The notes beneath the pieces are model-generated. The model saw only the letters and a program-made list of their open reading frames with translations. It ran no database searches and was not told the origin of the DNA. Positions 12,908 through 23,847 of a DNA stretch of 64,000 nucleotides are shown in pieces (position 1 is the first letter of the stretch; each line of letters starts with the position of its first letter). Origin of the DNA: Octopus bimaculoides (Eukaryota); the NCBI RefSeq assembly GCF_001194135.2, contig NC_069006.1, positions 17,773,313 to 17,837,312 on the forward strand. The letters run 5' to 3'. The position numbers were made by a program, and so were the translations under genes.

Positions 12908-13126
12908 CTTCCTTATACATCAGTACCGCCTTATTTTCACTATCCACCCCCTCAATTCTACCTTCTGCCACTCCGTCTCTGTCCACTACTCCCACCAACA
13001 CCACCACCATATGTGCAAGGCTATCTTCCGGCTGGAAACACCGCTCGATTCCAACATAGTAACATGACATCATTGCTGTGCAGCAGCAGTCTAGCTGTAG
13101 CTTTTCTGCTGGACTCTGTGGAATCG
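12908..13126 (+). CDS. Candidate symmetric 219-nt exon encoding a Pro/Tyr-rich 73-aa segment
   Basis: Acceptor ccctctctttctctcag and donor TCG|gtaaag. Only phase 0 is open: LPYTSVPPYFHYPPPQFYLLPLRLCPLLPPTPPPYVQGYLPAGNTARFQHSNMTSLLCSSSLAVAFLLDSVES. No homology recognised. Confidence 0.33.
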
Positions 13127-13745
13127 GTAAAGTTTCTCTTAATTTATTCTGCTGGTACAGTGCTACAGCCCAGGCGTGTGTATGTATGTACGTGTGCTTG
13201 TGTGTGTGTGTGTGTGCATTGTGCCAGTTCATGCTGCGTCTGAACTGAAGAACGGTTGTGCCAACAATGTGTGTGTGTGTGTGTATTCTTTTTTTCTGGA
13301 ATAGTATATCTCGAAGCACGCACACAAAGCTGTAAAGATTGGGTTGAAAAACTCTTTTGGATATGTGTGTGTGTGTTTTGAGCCAGTTCATGCTCCGTCT
13401 GGGTTGAGAAACTAGTAGTACCAGCAGTGTGTGTATGTGTGCGTGTGATTATATCATAAATAATATATGTCGGTGCTGTATAAAATTGAAACTGAAAGTA
13501 GCGAGCGGCAGAGGGCGGGTTCGCTCAGCTTCGAATAAAGAAATAAACTAGATTACATGTATTGAGTACGTTTTTCTTTTTTGTTGCTTTTTTCTTTTTA
13601 CCTCTGTTTGTAAATCCGAATTCGCGCGCGCAAGTGTGTGTGTGTGTGTATAGTGATGCAAACAGGAAAAGAAAACTCAAAACATGAGTATATTTTCTAT
13701 TACTAACAATCGACAGAAGTTACAGTGACTCAAAAGGCCGCGGAC

Positions 13746-13949
13746 ACTCTTTTTACCTGTTTCAGTCATTTGACTGTGGCCATGCTGGAGCACCGCCTTT
13801 TTAGTCAAGCAAATCGACCCCAGGATTTATTCTTTGTAAGCCTAGTACTTATTCTATCGGTCTCTTTTGCCGAACCGCTAAGTTACGGGGACATAAACAC
13901 ACCAGCATCGGTTGTCAGGCGATGTTGGGGGACAAACACAGACACACAA

Positions 13950-13980
<31 letters not shown>

Positions 13981-14167
13981 TACATACATACATATACATA
14001 TATACGACGGGCTTCTGTCAGTTTCCGTCTACCAAATCCACTCACAAGGCTTTGGTCGGCCCGAGGCTATAGTAGAAGACACTTACCCAAGGTGCCACGC
14101 AGTGGGACTGAACCCGGAACCATGTGGCTGGTAAGCAAGCTACTTACCACACAGCCACTCCTGCGCC
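13746..14167 (-). mobile_element. SINE family A, full length and young (CpGs intact)
   Basis: On the - strand: GGCGCAGGAGTGGCTGTGTGGTAAG (A box), GGTTCAGTCCC (B box), CORE-like GGCACCTTGGGTAAGTG, central (TA)n(TG)n and an AAAAGAGT tail. Confidence 0.95.
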
Positions 14168-15120
14168 TATGCTTATCTTTATTTGTGTGTGTGTTCATAG
14201 ATATAGATACATACTAGGTGCTTGTTTGTATATGTATGTATGTATAAAATATACTGGCATATACATACTGCAAGCTCTCAAGTCTCATTAATACTCGCTC
14301 GCACTTTGCTTATGTTTATTCTCCTTAATTAAATACCTCCAGAAATTTCAATTGATCTATGTAGTGTTTTAGATACAAACTCCAGCGATAGGGTTTCAAT
14401 TTCTCGTTCAGGTCCAAGCATGATCGCTTAATCATTCAGTGGGCATCAGATATTTGTGTACAGAGGAAGGGAAGTCTGGCTTAGAAATTGTCTCAGATCA
14501 ACCCTGAGTTCCCGCCGTGACCATCTTACCTTTTGTTTTCAAACGAGCAGCTTCATGTTTCGAATGTAGATTGTGTGTGTGTGTGAGAGAGGGAGAGAGA
14601 AGATGAGAAACATGCAGATAGATAGATAGACAGACAGACAGGTAGATAGATAGATGGATGGACGGGTAGGCAGACAGGTAGATAGATAGGCAGATAGATA
14701 GATAGATAAGGTTGTGTTCCGAAGGTCCTGCTTGGAAACAGCAATGGTGTTGAGAGAGAGTTTTGACTGTTATTTCTAAGAGAACTCCGGTGAACAGTTT
14801 CGTATGTTGGTTTTCGGTACACTTGACACTGCTAAAGAAACGCTTCAACGCCGCCGAATCTCGTGCTTATATCTAGGTCCTAGATCTCACATTTGTGTGA
14901 AGGGCAGAAAATTGTTATTCGATATGTATATTTATATGTATGTTTGTATATGTATATCTACTACACACGTATGTATACATATATTTGGTCAAGGCAGTGT
15001 ATTTTAACGTCTGTTTTTATGTAGTGTTATTTGCATGTATGTATAGATGTGTGTATATAAACAAACATGGGCTGAAGGATCTACTCAACACATTTTAAGT
15101 AGGGCGTCACATTTATTTGT

Positions 15121-15196
15121 TGAAGAAAACCGTTGACAGTGACTTCATGAAATTTCGCCGGTTGTTGGCTTCGAAGTCGCTGTCAACCTTTTTTCC
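15121..15196 (+). ncRNA. pri-miRNA-like or editing-substrate hairpin
   Basis: GTTGACAGTGACTTC (15132-46) pairs with GAAGTCGCTGTCAAC (15173-87): 15 bp with one U-G pair, plus inner and lower stems. Confidence 0.35.
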
Positions 15197-15599
15197 TTGT
15201 AAAAATAAATTATTATACAAAGACACATACGGATGTATTTTCTTTTGTAGAATCTACAAAAAACAAAAAACAAAAAAAAAACATTAAACGATTAGCTTAG
15301 AGCTATGAAAATTATGTAGTCAACGCGTGTGTGTGTACATATATGAATGTATATATGCTTGTGCGCGCGTGTGTATGCATATGTGTGCAGGTATATGTGC
15401 GTGTGTGTGCATCTGGATCTATGAGTTTGTATGTGTGTGTGTGTGTGTGTATAGATAACACCCACACACACACCTGTCTTGTATTTATGTGTTTATAATG
15501 TCTGTTTCTATGTACATAATGCGTGTATATTGAAAGAAATCCTTGTGTTCACAACAAATCGTTTGTGCTTCTTTCAGTAGACAGTATCAAGCTATGTAG

Positions 15600-15830
15600 C
15601 TGTCGACTTGTTTTGTAGTGCTGTCAGCCTTTTAAGAGCGAGCAGCTCTGTGAGAGCTAGTGGCATTAGCAGCAGCAGTGGTAGCGGTGTCAGTAGGCAG
15701 AAGACTATCACATTGGCTCACTGACTTGCGACTCCCTCACTCGCTCTCTCCTCTTACCATCACTCCCCTTCTCGCACTTGGCTGCGGCCACTTACACCAG
15801 TGAATTAGCGCGCCAATTAACGTAGCAGAT
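15600..15830. promoter_or_regulatory. CpG-retaining promoter- or enhancer-like segment
   Basis: Non-repetitive, with CCAAT boxes on both strands, several CTGTC/CTGTCA (TGACAG-like) motifs and GCGCGC. Function is inferred. Confidence 0.25.
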
Positions 15831-15949
15831 GTGTGTGTGTGTATGTGTGTGTATTTTTGTTTAGACAAACACATACACACATCCCCGCGTGTATATAAAA
15901 ACCACTTGTGTAGATACGTATGCGTGCGTGTGTATATGTAAGTATATAT

Positions 15950-16265
15950 CCTTTACTTGTTTCAGGCATTACTGCGGCCAAGCTGGGGCACCTCCTTCTA
16001 CGATACTAATTTTTTTAAAGTCTGGTGCTTATTCTGTCGATTTCTTTTGTGGAATCGCTAATTTATAGGGACGTTAGCAAACCAACACCGGTTGTTAAGC
16101 GGGGGTGAGTGACATGCACACACACACACACAAACGACGGGCTTCGTTTAGTTTCCGTCTACCTAATCTACTCATAGCTTTGGTCGGCCCAGTTGCTTTG
16201 CTGTAGGACTGAACCCAGAACATTGCAGTTGTTGGACAAACTTCTTAACGCACAACCACGCCTGC
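15950..16265 (-). mobile_element. SINE family A
   Basis: Collinear with 13746-14167. Confidence 0.85.
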
Positions 16266-16884
16266 GACTATCCATATATACATTTTTCAAATTTTGCCTT
16301 TCATTCTTGGATGTGGGGTGGGGTGGAAAAATACAACAATACCAACCAAGTATTAGGGTCAGCGTAATCGACTTGTCCCCAGCCTTTAAAACCTGCTGGC
16401 CTTGTGCCAAAATTAGAAAGTGGGGTTTTGTATTTGCCCTTCGTTCCTCCGGAGTCAGTCCATAAAATAAGATCTTGGGATCAGTGGTGTCTGCTACTTT
16501 TTCTCCCTCAAAACTCTTGGACTTAAATTAGAAACAAGTATTAGGGACAATATACTGTGTGTATGTGTGTATATATATATCTGTATATACACACATATCC
16601 TCATGTATTGCTATGTATGTATGTGTATGTATATATATAACGCCTAGTTTAGAATAGAGGCAGCTGATGAAGGAATAATTCCAAGTGGCTATTTGTTTTC
16701 CTATGTGTTCGTTCCGTTGTCTGTAGTCCATTTTTCGAACGTCCTGTACCCGAATATGCATCTATATACACATGTAGATGTAAGTATGTACATATATGTG
16801 TGTATACATGCTTATATATCCTTTGTATTTTGCCTGGCGTGCTAATGATTCTGCCAGCTCGCCACTCTACATCCATTATAATAT

Positions 16885-17515
16885 AGGCCCAATATGGCTG
16901 TGTGGTGAGAAGTTTGCTTCACAACCATATGGTTTTGTGTTCAGTCCCACTGTGTGGCACCTTGGCTAACAGTCTCCTGTAGCTTGCCTCAGGCCAACAA
17001 AAGCCTTGTGTCTGGATTTCATAGCCGAAAACTGAAAGGTGCCTGCCATATATAAATGTGTGTGTGTCTTTTTTATCTATGCTTGTCTCCATCACCACTT
17101 GACAACTGGTTTTTGCGTGTACTTTAACAAGTTCAGCAAAAGAAACCAATAGGATAAGTACCAGGTTTAAAAATCAAAAATAGGTATTGGCATGGCTGTG
17201 TGGTAAGAAGCTTGCTTCACATCCACATTGTTTCGGGTTCAGACCCACTGCATGACACCTTGGACAAGTGTCCTTTACTATAGCCTCAAACCGACCAAAG
17301 TCTTGTGAGTGGATTTTGTAGATGGAAACTGAAAGAAGCATATTGTATATATATCTTTGTGTCTGTCCCCATAACCTTGCAGTTTAACAAAGTAGATCAA
17401 CAGAATAAGTATCAGGCTTAAAAGAATAAGAACTGGGGCTGATTCATTCAACTAAAAATTCTTCAAGGCAGTGCCCCAGCATGGTCACCATCTACTGACT
17501 GAAACAAGTAAAAAG
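16885..17515 (+). mobile_element. Two tandem SINE family A copies
   Basis: Two TGGCTGTGTGGT heads at about 16894 and 17193. The tail ends in GAAACAAGTAAAA. Confidence 0.85.
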
Positions 17516-17760
17516 ATAAATGCTGAAGTTGAATCTGTTACTAATTCTACAGATCTGTGAGTCTGCTTTCTCTCTCTCTGACTCTCTCTCACTCACTCTC
17601 TCTCTCTTTCTCTATCTCCCCCCCTCTTTCTTTCTCTCTCTCTCACAAACACACACACTGTAAGAAAACAAAAATAATGACAGTCACTCAGGCAGACAGA
17701 CTGACTGACTTCTGTGAATAGAATACAGTGTTAACTGACACACACACAACCATTGTAAGA
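17516..17760 (+). repeat. Local segmental duplication, copy 1 (paralogue of 23848-24090)
   Basis: Shared blocks ATAAATGCTGAAGT..ACAGATCTGT(G/A)AGT and CAGGCAGACAGACTGACTGACT..GTTAACTGACACACA..CATTGTAAGA. Confidence 0.85.
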
Positions 17761-17865
17761 CATTGGTGAGTCTAGGACGTGGGTACAAAAATACTTGATC
17801 ACTATCTGGAGCCATCATAGCTAACTACCATTACAACCAGTCACAACTATCTTCAGTACCACAAC

Positions 17866-18063
17866 CACTATATTTTGTGGCATACAAGTAGAATTTTTCG
17901 GACCAAAATTTACAGCCAAAAAATGTAGGTTGATTTATGCACCAAAATGACTTAGGAAGTTGGAAAATTCCTTGCAAGACGTAGAATTTGGAAAGATATT
18001 GACATGTTTCAATGTTTACACAATATGCAACTTCTTTGACTTGTATGATGGAAAATACAATAG
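17866..18063. mobile_element. pogo/Tigger-like MITE, decayed
   Basis: Inverted ends TATATTTTGTGGCATACAAGT and ACTTGTATGATGGAAAATACA. Confidence 0.55.
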
Positions 18064-18169
18064 TTACCTTTACTAACCATCTCCAATACTACAGCTAGCT
18101 ACCTCTCATTATTACCACTCTCACTACTATCTCCAACTCTACAGCCAACTATTATTATTATTATTATTA

Positions 18170-18660
18170 TTATTATTTAAGGTGGCAAGCTGGCAAAATC
18201 GTTAGCATGCCAGGAAAAATGCTTCGTGGTATTTCATCTGCAGCTACGTTCTGAGTTCAAATTCCACTGAGGTCGACTTTGCCATTCATAACCCTAACCC
18301 TAACCCATCCTTTCAGGGTCGATAAATTAAGTATCAATCAAGTACTGGGGTCGATGTAATTGACTATCCCCCTCCCCACAAATTCTAGACCTTGTGCCTA
18401 TAATAGAAAGGATTATTATTATTATTGTTATTAGGGGCGAGCTGGCAGAGTCGTTGGCATTCTGGGCAAAATGCTTAATGGTTTTTCATTCATCTTTACA
18501 GCTCTGAGTTCAAATTCCACCAGGGTTGACTTTGCCTTTCATCCTTTCAGGGTCAATAAGTACCGGTTGAACACTGGGGTCAATGTAATCAACTTATCCC
18601 CCATCCCTGAATTTGCTGGTCTTGTGCCAAAATGTGAAATCATTATTATTGTTGTTGTTG
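18170..18660 (+). mobile_element. Head-to-tail SINE family B pair
   Basis: Two bodies separated by (ATT)n. The first carries a (TAACCC)3 insert. Confidence 0.9.
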
Positions 18661-18685
18661 TTGTTGTTGTTGTTATTATTATTAC

Positions 18686-19205
18686 TGAGTGAGAAACCAG
18701 TGCATGCCATCAAAGTGACACTGGGCCACAAATATACAAAGCCCAGTATACCCATCATGACTACCTGTCTGATAAGGGTACACTAGGCACATGCATCACA
18801 ACCATATGTGCACAACATGGTGATCTTATATCACGATAAACCATGCATGACCTTGCAGGTGGAGCCTAGTTAGAATTTTCTTCAGGTCGAGTAGCCCATC
18901 CTGCTCAAAAGGTTCCTGAATAAGATTTAAGGATAATGAATGAAGCACACATGTTTCCAGAGACACCAAAGAATTCCTTGCAATATATGGCTATGATGCT
19001 CCCCAACTACTCCTGCTCCTGATCAGAAATGCACATATCGTCAGCCACTAAGGGACATGCTCAACTGGTTACAGTTAAACAATTGACAAGAAAATCTGTT
19101 GGTATTGAGCAGAATATTTGCTGTAACCCATCTTTTACACCAAAACAAAACATGTACATGATAACACTTCCAATCAGTTAAGACCAAAAGTCATGAGAGC
19201 CACTG
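18686..19205. mobile_element. Unclassified interspersed repeat of about 520 bp
   Basis: Complex sequence inserted between SINE B pieces. It resembles a common octopus repeat from recall only; single copy in this window. Confidence 0.45.
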
Positions 19206-19625
19206 TTGCTATAACGATATTTCGCCCATCACTACGTTCTGAGTTCAAATTCTGTTGAGGTCAACTTTGCCTTTCATCTTTTTGGGGTTGATAAATTAAG
19301 TATCAGTTGAAGACTGGAGTTGATGTAATCGGATAGTCCCCTCCCTCCAAATTTCAGGCCTTGAACCTTCAGTAGAAAGGATCAATATTAATATTATTAA
19401 GGCAGCGAGCTTGCAGAATTTTTAGCAAACCAGACGAAATGCTTAGTGGTATTTAGCCCATAGCTACATACTGAGTTCAAATTCCACTGAGGTCGACTTT
19501 GTCTTTCTTCCTTTTGGGGTCGATTAACTAAGTACCAGTTACACACAGGGGTCGATGTAATTCACTTAATCCCCTTCCCACAAGCTGCCCTTGTGGCAAA
19601 AATTTGAAATCATTATTATCATCAT
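19206..19625 (+). mobile_element. SINE family B pair
   Basis: Same motifs as 18170-18660. Confidence 0.85.
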
Positions 19626-19680
19626 TATTAAATCACTAACACCACAGCTATCTACTATTATTACCATTCTCAATACTACC

Positions 19681-19885
19681 ACCAACACTGCATTTAAACT
19701 GCCATGACTACTACCATTACCACCAATACTGCACCTAACATAACTACTACTATTACTACTACCACTGCCACCAATACTGCACCTAATTACCATTACTACT
19801 ACTACTACTACCACCACCACCAATACTGCACCTAACTACCATTATTACTACTATCACCACTGCAGTCACCACCAACACAACTAAT
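19681..19885. repeat. Degenerate minisatellite with core CACCAATACTGCACCTAA and (TAC)n spacers
   Basis: The core occurs three times exactly, with decayed flanking units, at a period of about 50 bp. Confidence 0.8.
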
Positions 19886-20209
19886 ATTATCACAGCCATG
19901 ACCACTAGTAGCAGTCCAACCACTGGCTTGCTGAGAGAGAAAGAGAGAGAGTGGGGTAGAAAGGATTAGTGGTTCTCTATTGAGTGTAGACTGGATGTTA
20001 ATTACTTGACCCACTGACCTATTTCTCCTCTATGTATCTTAAGAGGTGGGAGGTGAGAAGGTCAGTAGGCGAAATCAAAAGGAATGACTTAATTATGTTG
20101 TATAATAATTTGAACATTATTCTTTTATGAGAGCAGCTTTAACTTCGGCTTATTTCTTTCAATGTGGTTTCGGCTTCTCTTTTATTGAAATATTTTCTTT
20201 CATATTTTA

Positions 20210-20745
20210 TTTTTTACTTGTTTCAGTCCTTGGACTGTGGTCATGCTGGGGCACTGTCTCAAAGGGTTAATTGACCAAATTGACCCCAGTCCTTTTTATT
20301 ATTTTTTTCCCCTTGTTTTTAAAGTATGGTACTTTCTCCGTTAGTTCTTTTGCCATACTGCTCTAGTTAAGCAGTGGTGGGGGACAAACACGACACAGAC
20401 ACACACATGACAGGTTGCTGAAAAATTCCTGACTTTGGGTAAAAGAAAATACAGGAGGATCAGTTAATTTTGATCTTATTGAACATATTCCCCTCTCAGA
20501 TTCACACACTTCTGGCAGCAGTTCCTCAATTTTTCTAAGCCCTGTAAAAAAAAAAAAACTTGGAAGGTTGGGCCTCCAACCAGGCCTTTCACAATACCCT
20601 TAAATCCAGGAACTTTTCAGTACTCCGTCATATATATATATATAGATGATTGGCTTTCAGTTTCTGTCTGCCAAATCCACTCACAAGGCTTTGGCTGGCC
20701 TTATAGTAGAAGACACTTGCCCAGGGTGCCCACGCCTGCACCTAT
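20210..20745 (-). mobile_element. SINE family A interrupted by a mariner-like MITE
   Basis: SINE tail at 20210-20405 and head after 20640. Confidence 0.8.
20406..20632. mobile_element. Tc1/mariner-like MITE
   Basis: Inverted ends CTGAAAAATTCCTGACTT and AAATCCAGGAACTTTTCAG. Inserted in the SINE's central (CA)/(TA) tract. Confidence 0.7.
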
Positions 20746-21009
20746 GTATGTATATTTTTATATAATCATGTGTATGTATGTGTTCAAATCACAGAAAGTG
20801 TTGATATCAAAATTATATATATTTCCAGGCTATTAACCTTGTCTATAAACATATGTTTTATAGTACTCATATTTACACTGTATTTCAATTGGGCCAATCT
20901 CATCATCATCATCAGGTACCTTAGTTCTGTATATGTACATTATACCAGACAAGATCTAAAAAAGGGAATGTAGTACTGCTATATCCTTTTGGGACAAGGT
21001 GGATAAGGA

Positions 21010-21365
21010 CTTTTATCTTTTACTTAGTTCAGTGTTTAGACTGCAGCCATGCAGGGGCAGTCTTGAACAGTTAATTCAATGAATCAACCCTGGTACTGAT
21101 TCTATAGGTCTGTTTTGCCAAACTGCCAAGTTATGGGAACATAAACACAGCAACATCAGTTGTCTTGCGGCAGTGAAGGACCAACATAGACACAAAGAGA
21201 CGCACACACACAACAGGCTTCTTTCAGTTTCTGTCTACCAAACCCATTCACAAGGCTTTGGTTGGCCCAAGGCTGTAGCAGAAGACACTTACCCAAGGTG
21301 CCAAACGGTTGGATTGAATCTGGAACCATGTGGTTGAGAAGCAAACTTCTTACCACACAGCCAAG
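21010..21365 (-). mobile_element. SINE family A
   Basis: Collinear with the intact copies. Confidence 0.85.
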
Positions 21366-21847
21366 CTTGTGCATATTGCTGTTCATAAATTAGAAATAAA
21401 TGTTTCTGGTTCAAATCCACATCTGGGACTATGTACACGTGTGGTGGTGAGGGGGGGGTGCATGTGTGCGTAAGAGTATTATATTTGTGTATGCATGCAA
21501 ATCTATGCAGATGTGTGCATAAACCTCTTGTGTATGTGTGAATATAAAACTAGATGTATGTATAGAACTCTGTGTGTGTGTGTGTGTGTGTTCACAGCTG
21601 TTGCTATTTCAAGGCTTGCTACCTCTCCAAGCACCATGTACACACACAGCACCTGTCTCTGCATGTATGTCCAAACACACACACACACGTACACAGCTAA
21701 GTTTGCTTGTGGTAAGAGTTACTTTTGTTGTTGTTTTCTTCCTTGAATGGGGTGGATTTTTTTTTTTTTTTTTCATTTCTGTAAACCTGTTGGGAAATCT
21801 TGTTCAATGAATATAATCATGAACAGCTGTATGTATAGAGACTAAAC

Positions 21848-21888
<41 letters not shown>

Positions 21889-22377
21889 CAGCAGCAGCAA
21901 TGCTAACACAGTTAACAGTTTAGGTGGTGTTGATGATGATGATGATGCTAGACAGTCCATATGAAACATTGTGTTAGGGTTCATTGAACCCTTTTGTTCC
22001 CATATTTCTGTTGAAATACACTGCCTTTGGCTTCAGTTAACTAGTGAAGAATTTATCAAAATAACTGTTCTTTTTAACCCTTTAAACATTCAGATTGCGC
22101 TGTCAAATGTATTGCTTATTTATTCACATCATTTTGAATTAATCACGTATTATCTTTTAACTTAAGAAATCAAATGATGTGATTGTATATCTTTAGAATG
22201 ACATTGTAGGGTAGGTATAAGAGGTTGAATCAGGTCATTTTTTTTGCCCAAGAACACAAGACATTACCTGGTCCAGGAATTGAAACCACAATCATATGAC
22301 CATGAATGAAACATCCCACAACTTAGTCATGCACCCCTATGTATGTATGTGTGTATGTATATATATATATATATATA

Positions 22378-22651
22378 TATCTCATTGTGTCTGGGGAGAG
22401 TCCTTCTCTTTTGGTGCCTTATCGTTTAACACACTCACCAGTTAAGTTTCCACTCATTTACTTATTTATTTTTCCTAAAATTTTCATTGCTTCTTGCAAC
22501 CTTTTCATTTCATTGACTATTGAAAAGGTTGCAAGACATAACAAAAACTTTACAAAAAAATAAATGAGTAAATGAGTGGGAACTTAACCGGTGAGTGTGT
22601 TAAATAATGAGGCACTAAAAGAGAATGACTCTCCCCAGACACAACAAAATA
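22378..22651. mobile_element. Fold-back MITE with ~90-bp terminal inverted repeats in a TA tract
   Basis: TTGTGTCTGGGGAGAGTC.. pairs with ..GACTCTCCCCAGACACAA. Inner 14-bp perfect inverted repeat TTGCAACCTTTTCA / TGAAAAGGTTGCAA. Confidence 0.9.
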
Positions 22652-23019
22652 TGCTTCAACACATGGTCTCACATTAACAATCTTGCAAACCAAATTCAAA
22701 AACGAAATATATATATATATATATATATATATATGGAGAGAGAGAGGTGTACTAAAATGTCACTTAGTAGCTTGCTGTAAAGCATTAGTTGTTTTACTGC
22801 TGGTAAAACAACAAGCAGTAAATTTAGGCTGAGATGTTGTCGCAGTTGGAAGTCTTTCTGGGGGTGTGGTGACCTTATGTCTAGGCTTCTGATGCGCCCT
22901 TGGTATATTACTGCTACTTTAACAGAAGGTTTCAAGTCAACAGCAGTGAAAGGCAACTGAACTGTAAATGATTCATGTGGTGCCAGTTTGGTGCCTTATG
23001 GGTTAGATTATCATTAAGG

Positions 23020-23443
23020 CAACAAGCTAGCAGAATTGTTAGCATGCTAGGCAAAATACTTAGCAGCATTTTGTCTGTCTTTACTTTTTGAGTTCAAATT
23101 CCGCCTAGGTTGACTTTGCCTTTCATCTTTTCAGAGTTGATAAAATAAGTACCAGTCAAGATCAATGTAATTAATGTCATCCCAAGTCTTCAAAGCAGCT
23201 GCCCTTGTGCCAAAATTCGAAACCATTATTATTATTATTATAGCAGCGATCTGGCAGAATCATTAGCACATCAGGCAAAATGCTTAGCAGCATGTTGTTC
23301 ATCATTACATTCTGAGTTCAAATTTCGCCAATGTCAACTCTGCCTTTCATCATTGCAAGTATGAGTTTCACACTGGGGCCCCGGTGTAATTGACTAGCTC
23401 CACTCCCCCAAAAATTTCAGGCCTTGTGCTTGTAGTAGAAAAT

Positions 23444-23478
<35 letters not shown>

Positions 23479-23835
23479 TATTATGGTCGTGAACTAAAAG
23501 AATCATTAGCTTGCTGGACAGAATGCTAAGGATTTTGTCCATTTGTCCAGCTTTGTGTTTTGGACTCCGATTCTTTCATTTTGTCAGGGTCAATAAAATA
23601 AGTACCAGTTGAACCCTGGGGGTTGAAATAATCAACTAGGAGCTGGCAGGTTCCTTACTGTACCAGGCAAAATGCTTAGTAACATTTTAAACATCTTTAC
23701 ATTCTGAATTCATATTCCATGGAGTCTGACTTTTGCTTTCATCCTTTTGAGGTCACTAGGGTTAATATAATTGACTTATCACTGCCCCCAAAATTGCTGG
23801 CCTTGTGTCAAAATTTGAAACCATAATTATTATTA
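23020..23835 (+). mobile_element. Array of four head-to-tail SINE family B copies
   Basis: Repeated GGCA(A/G)..TAGCAGAAT heads separated by (ATT)n. Confidence 0.85.
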
Positions 23836-23847
23836 TTCTGGAGGTAC

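Noticed and set aside
14100-14167. tRNA-like A and B boxes here and in other SINE heads (e.g. 50605-50660, 62090-62150)
   Set aside because: No cloverleaf, and each continues into a SINE body. These are SINE promoters, not tRNA genes.
16655-16715. Third hammerhead-like start: GCAG-CTGATGA-A-GGAA-taa-TTCC
   Set aside because: The required GAAA is missing (AAGT follows), and stems I and III cannot be built convincingly. At most a dead relic.
19681-19885. Regularly spaced repeats resembling a CRISPR array
   Set aside because: Eukaryotic context, spacers are (TAC)n microsatellite, and there are no cas genes. It is a minisatellite.
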